DNA from: Phycisphaerae bacterium
GTDB taxonomy: Bacteria > Planctomycetota > Phycisphaerae > UBA1845 > Fen-1342
Assembly (NCBI GenBank): GCA_050115495.1
Contig: JASFQK010000001.1
Coordinates: 1-64,000, forward strand
Direction of reading: 5' to 3'
DNA length: 64,000 bases
Part shown: piece by piece, positions 43,176-51,699 of the stretch
Position numbering within the stretch: position 1 is the stretch's first letter
Layout: every line of letters starts with the position of its first letter
Notes under the pieces: model-generated
Seen by the model: only the letters and a program-made list of their open reading frames with translations
Told to the model about the DNA's origin: nothing
Databases searched by the model: none
Made by a program: the position numbers and the translations under genes

Positions 43176-44948
43176 CTATTCCTCCGGCGGCACGGACAAC
43201 GTCGGCGCCGTCCCGTCTGTGGCGAGGCGTCGCAGCATCTGCCGGAACAGGGCCCAGACCCGCTCGCGATTGACCGGGGCGTCGGTGTGCCGGAGCACCA
43301 CCAGGTACCACGGCCCGCCGGGCTCATCAACGCCGGTCAGACGCACAAGATCCGGCACATATCCGCGGCTGACCAGCGTCCGCGGCCACTGCTGCTCAAC
43401 CGTCCAGCCCCAGTGGGCGATTCCCTCGGCCACCTGCCGCGGCGTCTCCCCGTTGTGCAGATTGAAGTAGACGAGTGACGGCTGGTCATCGAGGAAGAAC
43501 CACGGGGCCACGTTCTTGTCGTGCCCCGGCGAGCGCATCCGCTCGTCCGCCTTGACCTCCCGCCGGCCCACCTCCGGCGTCACCAGCCCGTTCATGTCGT
43601 AGATGTGCAGGCCGGAGTAGTAGCCCAACGCGCCGATCGCGCCAGCGATGGTCGAGGCACCCGGACCGAAGTTCTCCTGCGTGTACGCCTTGAGAGCCAG
43701 CCCCTCCAACCGCCAGCGCCAGCGGTTGTTCACCTGCTGCTGCCACTTGCCATATTCGCTGAGGTAGTTCGGCGTGTTGCGGCGGAAGTGGAAATTGGCC
43801 CGCACATTGTGCGGCACGAGATGCCGGTCCCAACCCGGTAGCGCCCCCAGCACGACCACCGCCAACCCGACCAGCAGCGCCGCTCCGCGTCGCCACGCCC
43901 GCTGGCCGCCCAGGTCCTCCAGCATCCACGCCAGCAGAATCGTGTTGAACGCCAGCCCCGGCACGAGGAACCGCCCCATCGCCATGAAGTCCCCGGCCGT
44001 CACGATGGCGTACGCCGGAAACGCCCAGGCCATCGCCGCCACCGCCAACCCGATCGCCCGCCGACCCCGCCGCAGCACAAACCAGCTCGTCACCACCAGC
44101 AGCAGCGGCGTGACAAAGCTCAGCGCATAGACCGCAACATAGTCGAAGCCGCGTTGGAGCAGCGCCGCCGACAGCCCGGCCTTGGCATACGCCGTGTTCG
44201 GCAGCAGGCTCTGGAAGTACCACCAGCGCCAGCCGAAGTACACGCCACAGCCCACGCCGACGACCAGCACGAACGGTAGCCACGGCCGCAGCCGGCGTTG
44301 GCCCGCCAGCCAGCGTGACACCAGCGCCATGACCGCCATCACCACGACCCAGGCGATGCCCTCCACCCGCACCAGGCCCAGCAGCAACCCGCAGATGCCG
44401 GCTCCCACACCGTCGATGTCATCCGCCCGCAGCACCAGCCGGTCGAACACCAGGAAGATCAGCAGGGCGAACGGCATCGTCGCCAGCCCGCCCGTCGACC
44501 ACAGCGCGTACGGCGGAAAGAAGCCGAGACTCAGCGCCGCCACGCCGGCCACGGGCAGGCTCAACCCCAGCCGCCGATGCAGTCGGTCGAACACCAGCAG
44601 CAGCAGCGCACTACCGCAGCCTGCCGACAGCAGCGGCAGCAAGAATGTGATATCCAGCCGCAGCCACTCGACGACCGCCCCGATGATCACCCACAGGAAG
44701 TTACTGTAGCCCTCGACCGGCACGCTTTCGGTGAGATTGTAGCGCAGCCCGTGGCCCATGGCCAGGTTGTGGGAATAGCGGTAGGAGATGAACGCGTCGT
44801 CGGTGACGAACCAGAAGCGGCGCACGAGGTACGCATGCGCCAGCCAGATCAGGGTGAACACACCAATGTAACCGAGATCACCCGGCGAGCGCCACCCCGC
44901 CGGCGCTGTCGGTTCCCCGGTTCCACCCTGCTTGTCCGCGCGCACCAT
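43176..44948 (-). CDS. Polytopic GT-C-like membrane glycosyltransferase
   Basis: TDDAFISYRYSHNLAMGHGL...VEGYSNFLW, LPNTAYAK, GDFM..RF, YDMNGL; start uncertain (44948 or 45014). Confidence 0.7.
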   Translation of the reverse strand: MVRADKQGGTGEPTAPAGWRSPGDLGYIGVFTLIWLAHAYLVRRFWFVTDDAFISYRYSHNLAMGHGLRYNLTESVPVEGYSNFLWVIIGAVVEWLRLDITFLLPLLSAGCGSALLLLVFDRLHRRLGLSLPVAGVAALSLGFFPPYALWSTGGLATMPFALLIFLVFDRLVLRADDIDGVGAGICGLLLGLVRVEGIAWVVVMAVMALVSRWLAGQRRLRPWLPFVLVVGVGCGVYFGWRWWYFQSLLPNTAYAKAGLSAALLQRGFDYVAVYALSFVTPLLLVVTSWFVLRRGRRAIGLAVAAMAWAFPAYAIVTAGDFMAMGRFLVPGLAFNTILLAWMLEDLGGQRAWRRGAALLVGLAVVVLGALPGWDRHLVPHNVRANFHFRRNTPNYLSEYGKWQQQVNNRWRWRLEGLALKAYTQENFGPGASTIAGAIGALGYYSGLHIYDMNGLVTPEVGRREVKADERMRSPGHDKNVAPWFFLDDQPSLVYFNLHNGETPRQVAEGIAHWGWTVEQQWPRTLVSRGYVPDLVRLTGVDEPGGPWYLVVLRHTDAPVNRERVWALFRQMLRRLATDGTAPTLSVPPEE

Positions 44949-45081
44949 CAGGCGGATTCCCGGCGGCCACGCCGCGGGCGCTGCGCCCCGGCCCGCGCCG
45001 GTCGCCTGCGCCATGCATGCCTGGCGCCACAATCACGAAAGGGCGCGAGTATAGCTGCGGCCGCCGGGCCGGACAAACCGC

Positions 45082-46389
45082 CTATGCCACCGCCGCCACC
45101 GCCTTCAGGTCGGCCTGCGCGTCGCTGCCGGTAAGCTGCAAGTCGTACTGCTCCTGGAGGATCTTGAACACGTTGGGCGAAACGAACGCCGGCGGGTTCG
45201 GCCCCACGCGAATGCCCTTCACACCGAGGTACAGCAGCGTCAGCAGCACGGCCACCGCCTTCTGCTCGAACCACGACAGAACGATCGTCAGCGGCAGCTC
45301 GTTCACCGAACAGTTGAACGCCCTGGCCAAGCCCACCGCCACCTGGATCGCCCCGTATGCATCGTTGCACTGCCCCATGTCCAGCAGCCGCGGAATCTCG
45401 CCGACGCCCTCCAGCGCGATCGTCCCGAAATCCTCGTTGCGAATGCGGAACTTCCCGCAGCCCAGCGTTAGCACCACCGAGTCGCGCGGCGTCGCCGCGG
45501 CGTACTGGGCGAAGTAGTTGCGGCCCGGCTCGGCCCCGTCGCAGCCGCCGATGAGGTAGAAGTGGTTGAGTTGCCCCTTCTTCACCGCGGCGACGATCTT
45601 GTCCGCCAGCCCGAGCAGCACGCTGTGGTGGAAGCCGATCGTGGACTCGCGCACCGGTTCTTCGGGCAGCGGCTCGCAGCGCTTGGCACACTCGATGACC
45701 TCGGAGAAGTCGCTCGACTTCAGCCGCCGGCCGCCGGGAACCGCCGTCACCCGCGTCGTGAACAGCCGATCCTGGTACGCCTTGCTCGGAATGAGCACGC
45801 AGTTCGTGGTGGCCAGCACGGGGCCGTTGAACGCGGCCCATTCCTTGCGCTGCTTCTGCCACGCGTCGCCGTAATGGCCGGCCAGGTGGCTGTGCTTGCG
45901 CAACTCCGGGTACATGTGGGCCGGCAGCATCTCGCCGTGCGTGTACACGTTGATGCCCGTGCCGCGCGTCTGTTCGAGCAGGTCGCTCAGATCGACCATG
46001 TCGTGCCCGGTGACCAGAATGCCCGGGCCTGCTCGCGTGCCCTCGTAGACCTTCGTGGGCGATGGACTGCCGAACCGCTTCACGTGTCCCTCGTCGAGCA
46101 TCTGCATCACCCGCAGGTTGTGCTTGCCGCAATCCAACACGAGCTCGAGCAGCGTGTTCATATCGAAGTTCACGTTCGTGACCGTGGCGAACAGGGCCTC
46201 CTCGACGAACGCATCGACTTCTTCATCGACCATGCCGAGCCGCCGGGCGTGATGGGCATACGCCGCCATCCCCTTGACCCCGTACAGCAGCGTCTCCTGC
46301 AACGATTGCATATCCGGGTCCTTCCCGCAGACGCCGATCTCGGTGCAGCCGACTCCCTTGAATACCTGTTCGCACTGGTTACAGAACAT
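45082..46389 (-). CDS. hcp: Hybrid cluster protein (hydroxylamine/NO reductase), short form
   Basis: MFCNQCEQ...GC..GVCGK, TGHD, THGEMLPAH, TTNC, GGCDG, CGK, GQCND, SWFEQKA. Confidence 0.95.
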   Translation of the reverse strand: MFCNQCEQVFKGVGCTEIGVCGKDPDMQSLQETLLYGVKGMAAYAHHARRLGMVDEEVDAFVEEALFATVTNVNFDMNTLLELVLDCGKHNLRVMQMLDEGHVKRFGSPSPTKVYEGTRAGPGILVTGHDMVDLSDLLEQTRGTGINVYTHGEMLPAHMYPELRKHSHLAGHYGDAWQKQRKEWAAFNGPVLATTNCVLIPSKAYQDRLFTTRVTAVPGGRRLKSSDFSEVIECAKRCEPLPEEPVRESTIGFHHSVLLGLADKIVAAVKKGQLNHFYLIGGCDGAEPGRNYFAQYAAATPRDSVVLTLGCGKFRIRNEDFGTIALEGVGEIPRLLDMGQCNDAYGAIQVAVGLARAFNCSVNELPLTIVLSWFEQKAVAVLLTLLYLGVKGIRVGPNPPAFVSPNVFKILQEQYDLQLTGSDAQADLKAVAAVA

Positions 46390-46501
46390 GACCGCTCCTT
46401 GTCGTGCATGTGGCATGGGTCAAGCCGGCGCGCCACCCACGCAGCGCGCGGCGACGCTTGCCCACTCGGGAGAAGTGTCGGACAATCCATGGTCACTCGC
46501 C

Positions 46502-46515
46502 TTGATTTGTATCAA
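46502..46515. promoter_or_regulatory. FNR/HcpR-type binding site
   Basis: TTGATTTGTATCAA is a perfect TTGAT-N4-ATCAA between the divergent hcp and Crp/Fnr genes. Confidence 0.85.
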
Positions 46516-46548
46516 CCGAGACCGGCGATTTCCGCGGAGACCAGTGAA

Positions 46549-47247
46549 GTGGATGCGGCGTGTCGAGATATCCTGCGTGACTGCGGCTTGTGCGCGAGCC
46601 TCGGCGATGCGTCGCTCGACCTGCTCGCCGCCGCCGGCACGATCCGGATATTTCGTCGGGGCGAATTCGTCTTTCGCCAGGGCGACCCCTGCCCCGGCCT
46701 CTATGTCGTCGGCCAGGGGCTCATCCGCGTCTACAAGCTGGCCCCGTCGGGCAAGACGCACGTGCTGCACTTCGCCGGCCCGGGCAAGACCTTCGCCGAA
46801 GTCGCCGCCATCGGCGGATTCACGTGCCCGGCGCATGCGGAAGCCGTCGAGGACACCCGCTGCGTCCTGATCCCGGTGGAGCCGCTGCACAGCCTGCTCG
46901 ACGACAACCACGCCCTCTGCCGCGAGCTGCTCGTCGGCATGTCGCGCTGGGTGCATCAGCTCATCGGCCTGCTCGAAGACGTCGTCCTCCGCGACGCCGG
47001 CGGCCGCGTCGCCCGCCACCTGCTCGCCTCGGACACGACCGGCGGCCACGAGGCCTTCGCTCTGCCCGTGCTGAAGAAAGACCTCGCTTGCCACCTCAAC
47101 CTAACCAGCGAAACGCTCTCCCGCACGCTTCGCCGACTCGCCGCCACCGGCCTCATCGAGCTCTATCCCGACCAGAGCCTGCGCATCGCCAACACCGACG
47201 CCCTGCGCGAGGTCGCCGACGGCATCCTGCCGGCGGAGTTCGACTGA
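46549..47247 (+). CDS. Crp/Fnr family transcriptional regulator (HcpR/DNR-like)
   Basis: VFRQGD...GLIRVYK, FAEVA, HTH with LTSETLSRTL; GTG start inferred from SD GGAGA. Confidence 0.9.
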   Translation: MDAACRDILRDCGLCASLGDASLDLLAAAGTIRIFRRGEFVFRQGDPCPGLYVVGQGLIRVYKLAPSGKTHVLHFAGPGKTFAEVAAIGGFTCPAHAEAVEDTRCVLIPVEPLHSLLDDNHALCRELLVGMSRWVHQLIGLLEDVVLRDAGGRVARHLLASDTTGGHEAFALPVLKKDLACHLNLTSETLSRTLRRLAATGLIELYPDQSLRIANTDALREVADGILPAEFD

Positions 47248-47320
47248 GCCGTGTTGCCCTCGCCGCCGGCTTGGCCGATCATGCCGTTCAGCCGACCGAA
47301 TCGGCGACGGACGCGAGGGT

Positions 47321-48190
47321 ATGCTGGAACGGTCCCTGGACGAGTTTGAGGCGATCTTCGAGCGGGCGACCATTCCCGTGCTCGACATCCGCGAACTCGC
47401 CCTGACCCGCCTCTCCGCCGTCCTGAAAGGCGACCCGCTCGACGCGTCGATCGTCGCCTTGGCCAGCCACATGCAGCGGCGCTTCGACGCCGAAGTGCAG
47501 GTGTACTGGCCCGCCGGCCGCGAGGCGGCGCTCGAACCGGCCCGTGCCGCCGGCCTCACGCCCGCCGAGCGCCCCTTCGCCTCAACGGCGGAACTGGTCG
47601 GCCAGGTGGCTATCAGCCGGCGACAGCTCATCCTCGTGCCCGAGCCAGCCAAAGAGGGTCAGCGCCTCCTCGACGTCGCCGCCCTGATCCAGGGCACCGC
47701 CCCGCCCGTGCTGCTCGTCCGCCGGCCGATCGCCCAACCCGAAGAGGTCTTCCGCCGGATCCTGCACAGCCTGACGGGAAACTTCCGCCAGACGCAGAAC
47801 TTCTCGTACTCCTTCACGCTCGTGGAGAACACCGGCGGGTCACTGCTGCTGCTGCACACCATCGACGAAACCGACCTCGCGGACGTGCGACACGCCCTGC
47901 GCGTCTCGCCACACGTGCCCGCCGATGGACGACAGGAGTTGCTCGCCGGCCTGAGCAAACAGGGGGAGCGCTATCTGAAGGCGGTCGTCGCCGCCAGCCG
48001 CAAGTACCCCTACGAAGTGACCTATCGCCTCGCCCTGGGCGAGGTAGTGCCGACGGTGCAGGAGGAGCTGCGCCGCGGCGGACATACGTTGCTCGTCGTC
48101 GGCCACCACCGCGAGGGCCACAGCTTCATCGAGGCGGCCGACTACGAGCTGATGCACGAAGTGCTGGACATCCCGGTATTGGCCCTGTAG
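47321..48190 (+). CDS. Universal stress protein-like protein
   Basis: PPVLLVR, LLLLHTID, LLVVG, C-terminal DIPVLAL; tandem USP-like layout. Confidence 0.65.
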   Translation: MLERSLDEFEAIFERATIPVLDIRELALTRLSAVLKGDPLDASIVALASHMQRRFDAEVQVYWPAGREAALEPARAAGLTPAERPFASTAELVGQVAISRRQLILVPEPAKEGQRLLDVAALIQGTAPPVLLVRRPIAQPEEVFRRILHSLTGNFRQTQNFSYSFTLVENTGGSLLLLHTIDETDLADVRHALRVSPHVPADGRQELLAGLSKQGERYLKAVVAASRKYPYEVTYRLALGEVVPTVQEELRRGGHTLLVVGHHREGHSFIEAADYELMHEVLDIPVLAL

Positions 48191-48221
48191 CGGCGCGGCC
48201 CTACCGCCCGCGGAATCACAC

Positions 48222-49616
48222 GTGGAAATGGACGCTGTATCGCTGTCGCCGCTGCTGCTCGCCACCGCCGAGCCTGCGGCCGCGGTGCCCCACTACCAGA
48301 CCTGGATCTGCGCGGCCATCCTCGTGATCACGCTCGTCGTCCTGGCCAGCGAACGCATCCACAAGACCGTGCTGGCCCTCCTCGCCGGGGGCGTCTGCCT
48401 GCTGCTCGGCGACCTGTGGGGCTACTTCCCCCACGACGCCGGCCACCACCTGCCCCCCTACATCGCCATGATCGAGTGGGAGGTGATCGGCATCGTCATC
48501 GGAGCGACCGTCTTCGTCGAAATCGCCGCCCGCTCCGGCATCTTCACCTTCCTCAGCATCCGCATGCTCAAGGCCAGCGGCGGCGACCCCTTCCGCCTGC
48601 TCGTCCTCTTCTCGATCCTCACCGCCGTGTTCAGTGCCTTCCTGGACAACATCACGGCGATGATCATCATCGGTTCGCTGACCATCGTCGCCTGCCGCAA
48701 GCTCGCCCTCGACGCCAAGCCGTTCCTCATCACCGAAGGAATCATGACCAACGTCGGCGGGCTGCTCACGCTCATCAGCTCCCTGCCCAACATCATCGTC
48801 GGCCAGGCCGCCGGGATCAGCTACCTCGACTTCGTCATCGTCGCCGGCCCGTACACCGTGCTGGCCACCGTCGTCACGCTGATCGTCGCCCGCTTCTGTT
48901 TCGGCAAGGCGGTCGCCCCGCTGCGCGACCCCGCCGAGCGCCGGCACAACCGCGAGCTCGCCCTCGCTTTCGACGAATGGGAAACCGTCGGCAGCAAGCG
49001 CTTCTTCTACACCTCGATCGTCGCGGTCGTCGTGGTGATCCTGGCCTTCGCCCTGCGACCGCAGATCCCCATCCTGCGCGACTTCGGCATCGAGGTCGTG
49101 GCCATGGGCGCCGCCGTGATCATGCTTCTCCTGCACGCCCACGACGTCGAGGAAGACCTCAGTCACGTGCAATGGTCACTGGTCTTCTTCTTCATCGGCC
49201 TGTTCACGCTGATCGGCGTGCTCGAGCGCGCCGGTGTCCTGCACTACATCGGCGTCGCCCTGGAGAAGCTCACCACCTACACCGGCCACGTCGGCCTCAT
49301 GTGGTTCACCGCCGCCTTCAGCTCCGTCACGGACAACATCCCCCTGGCCGCGATGCTGGCCCGCATCTTCGGTCCCACCCCCGAGGCCGCCCAGGCCGTT
49401 GCCCCCGTCCAATGGTGGGCCATCGTCTTCGGAGCCAACCTCGGCGGGAACATCACCCCCATCGGCTCCGCCAGCACCGTCGTCGCCGTCACCATCCTCA
49501 AGAAAAACGGACTCAGGATCACCTTCCTCGAGTTCGTCCGCCTCGGCGCGATCTTCGCGGCGGCACAACTCCTCCTCGGCAGCGGTTACCTGCTCATCCT
49601 CCGCGCCATCCTCTAA
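48222..49616 (+). CDS. ArsB/NhaD (SLC13/IT superfamily) permease
   Basis: SAFLDNITA, NVGGLLTLISSLPNII, SSVTDNIP, GANLGGNITPIGSA. Confidence 0.88.
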   Translation: MEMDAVSLSPLLLATAEPAAAVPHYQTWICAAILVITLVVLASERIHKTVLALLAGGVCLLLGDLWGYFPHDAGHHLPPYIAMIEWEVIGIVIGATVFVEIAARSGIFTFLSIRMLKASGGDPFRLLVLFSILTAVFSAFLDNITAMIIIGSLTIVACRKLALDAKPFLITEGIMTNVGGLLTLISSLPNIIVGQAAGISYLDFVIVAGPYTVLATVVTLIVARFCFGKAVAPLRDPAERRHNRELALAFDEWETVGSKRFFYTSIVAVVVVILAFALRPQIPILRDFGIEVVAMGAAVIMLLLHAHDVEEDLSHVQWSLVFFFIGLFTLIGVLERAGVLHYIGVALEKLTTYTGHVGLMWFTAAFSSVTDNIPLAAMLARIFGPTPEAAQAVAPVQWWAIVFGANLGGNITPIGSASTVVAVTILKKNGLRITFLEFVRLGAIFAAAQLLLGSGYLLILRAIL

Positions 49617-49709
49617 GGTCGCCATCCCCTGGAAAAACAACACCTTTTTATGTCTTTGTTGTCGTAAATATTTTTGTACAAACGACTTATTGCATTTTTC
49701 CGATACCCC

Positions 49710-49770
49710 TTTACTTTGAACAGGTGTATCGTATACTTGTTTTGAACAATCGTTCAGTACACGTGTTCAA
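49710..49770 (+). promoter_or_regulatory. Promoter and tandem TetR-type operator array
   Basis: TTTACT-16-TATACT; TTGAACAGGTGTA (49716), TGAACAATCGTTCA (49743), TACACGTGTTCAA (49758). Confidence 0.7.
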
Positions 49771-49783
49771 CGGAGCCTCGACG

Positions 49784-50434
49784 ATGGCCACGGACGAAAC
49801 CATCAAACGGATCCTCGACGCCGCAGGTCCGATCTTCGCCGACAAAGGCTTCCGGGAAGCGCACGTCCGCGACATCTGCGAGGCCGCCGGCGTAGGTCTC
49901 GCCTCCGTGAACTACCACTTCGGCGACAAGAACCAGCTCTATGTGCGGGTCGTCGAGGCCGCCTTCGAGTACGTCATCCAGAACGAACCGACGCCCACGT
50001 GGCCGCCGGGTACGCCACTCACCGAACGGATGCGGACTTGCATCCACGACCTTGCCCGCCGAACACTGCGACCCAAGGACGAGTCCTGGCAGGAACGTCT
50101 GCTGACCCGCGAGATCCACGCTCCCACACCCGGCTGCGAGGGAGTCATCCACAAACACATCAACGAGCATCTCCAACCGCTCACGGCCCTCCTCAACGAG
50201 GTCTTGCCGGCGGACTTGCCCGATATCGAACGGTGGCGCTACGTGCTCACCATTACCGGCCAGATCCTGCATTACGACAGCCATCGCGACGTCATCGCCG
50301 TGATCATAGGCGAGGCGGCGGACGGACCAGCCTTCAGCGCCGAGGCCCTCGCCGAGCACATCACCCGCTTCACGCTGGCCGCCCTGGGGCTCGCCCCAAC
50401 CCTCGGACAACAAACAGGGAGTGACCCTTCATGA
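49784..50434 (+). CDS. TetR/AcrR family regulator (CecR/YbiH-like)
   Basis: RILDAAGPIFADKGF...RDICEAAGV..ASVNYHFGDK..LY; C-terminal AEHITRFTLAAL. Confidence 0.9.
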   Translation: MATDETIKRILDAAGPIFADKGFREAHVRDICEAAGVGLASVNYHFGDKNQLYVRVVEAAFEYVIQNEPTPTWPPGTPLTERMRTCIHDLARRTLRPKDESWQERLLTREIHAPTPGCEGVIHKHINEHLQPLTALLNEVLPADLPDIERWRYVLTITGQILHYDSHRDVIAVIIGEAADGPAFSAEALAEHITRFTLAALGLAPTLGQQTGSDPS

Positions 50435-51699
50435 GTACGCTCGATACGGCGACGCAGCAATCCACCACCGATGCCCCTCAGCCGGTGCAGACCCGCGGAC
50501 GGGGAGGCCGCTGGCTCCTCGGCATCGGCGGCGGCCTGATCGTCATCGCTGCCATTGCCGGCGGTGGCTATCTGATGAACCGCGACAAAGCCACCGCGGC
50601 CGATCCCACTGAGACCGACGCACGCCCGGCCGTACACGCCATCGTCGCCCCGGCCCGCCAGATGGAGTTCCAGAACACGCTCGTCGCGCAGGGCAACGTC
50701 CAGGCCAAGAACTTCGCGATGATCTCCCCCCGCGTCGCCGGCACGCTCGAGACCATCATGGTCGACGAGGGCGATACGGTCGAAGCCGGCGTCACGCGCC
50801 TGTTCCAGACCGACTCGGTGCGGCTGGCCAAGGCACTCGAAGTGCGCGAGCACGAGGTCAACGTCGCCGAGCAGTCGCTGCGTGAGAAGCGGGCCTCACT
50901 GGAGAAGAGCCAGGCCGACTTCGACAAGGCCGAGTACGACTGGAACCGCTACCAGGACCTCTACGCCCGCGGCGTGTCCTCCCAGGATGAATACGAAGAA
51001 GCCGAGGCCGAGTACCGCCGTTGCACGGCCCTGCTCAAGCTCGCCGACGCCCAGGTGGACTTGGCCGACGCCCAGTTGGCCCAGTCCCGTTCGGCCCAGG
51101 CCATCGCCGAAAAGGATCTGGCCGACTCCCTCGTCGTCGCCCCGATCAGCGGGCGGGTCACCGCCCGCTACCAGGAACCGGGCGAGATGGGCGCGCCGGG
51201 CCAGCCCGTCCTGCGCATCGAGGATCCGTCGCTGCTGGAGGTGTCGGTGTACCTGCCGGCACAAGCCTACGGCAACGTCGAACCCGACCAGACGCCGATG
51301 TGGGTCACCGTCAACGGCGTGGACCTCGGCGAGCACGCGGTGAGCTACAAGAGCCCGACGATTGACACCACCCTGCGAACGTTCGAGGCGCGCTGCCTGC
51401 TGCCCGATCCGCCCGCGGCCGTCGCCGCCGGCGCGATGGCCGACGTGCGCGTCGTGCTCGAGCGCCGCCAGGGCCTCGGCGTGCCGCGCGATGCGCTCCA
51501 GCGGCGCAGCGGAGGCGAGGTCGTCTTCATCGTCGAGAACGATCAGGCGCGGATGATCCCCGTGGACGTCGGCCTGGAGACGGACGGCATGGTCGAGGTC
51601 AGCGGCGAAGGGCTGACCGCCGGCGCGGCGGTGGTCACCGTCGGCGGCTACTTCCTCGATCCCGGCCAGCCGGTCACCGTGCAGCAGGAGACGCCCTGA
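50431..51699 (+). CDS. RND efflux periplasmic adaptor (MFP)
   Basis: N-terminal TM, ISPRVAG..V.EGD.V, coiled coil, VVAPISG, GVPRDAL. Confidence 0.92.
   Translation: MSTLDTATQQSTTDAPQPVQTRGRGGRWLLGIGGGLIVIAAIAGGGYLMNRDKATAADPTETDARPAVHAIVAPARQMEFQNTLVAQGNVQAKNFAMISPRVAGTLETIMVDEGDTVEAGVTRLFQTDSVRLAKALEVREHEVNVAEQSLREKRASLEKSQADFDKAEYDWNRYQDLYARGVSSQDEYEEAEAEYRRCTALLKLADAQVDLADAQLAQSRSAQAIAEKDLADSLVVAPISGRVTARYQEPGEMGAPGQPVLRIEDPSLLEVSVYLPAQAYGNVEPDQTPMWVTVNGVDLGEHAVSYKSPTIDTTLRTFEARCLLPDPPAAVAAGAMADVRVVLERRQGLGVPRDALQRRSGGEVVFIVENDQARMIPVDVGLETDGMVEVSGEGLTAGAAVVTVGGYFLDPGQPVTVQQETP

Noticed and set aside
45562..46548. Apparent long N-terminal extension of the Crp/Fnr regulator
   Set aside because: It is antisense to hcp and runs through the FNR box; the start at 46549 has an SD.
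48416..49783. Apparent 672-aa TetR fusion ORF
   Set aside because: The upstream part is an off-frame shadow of the permease plus promoter DNA; the real TetR starts at 49784.
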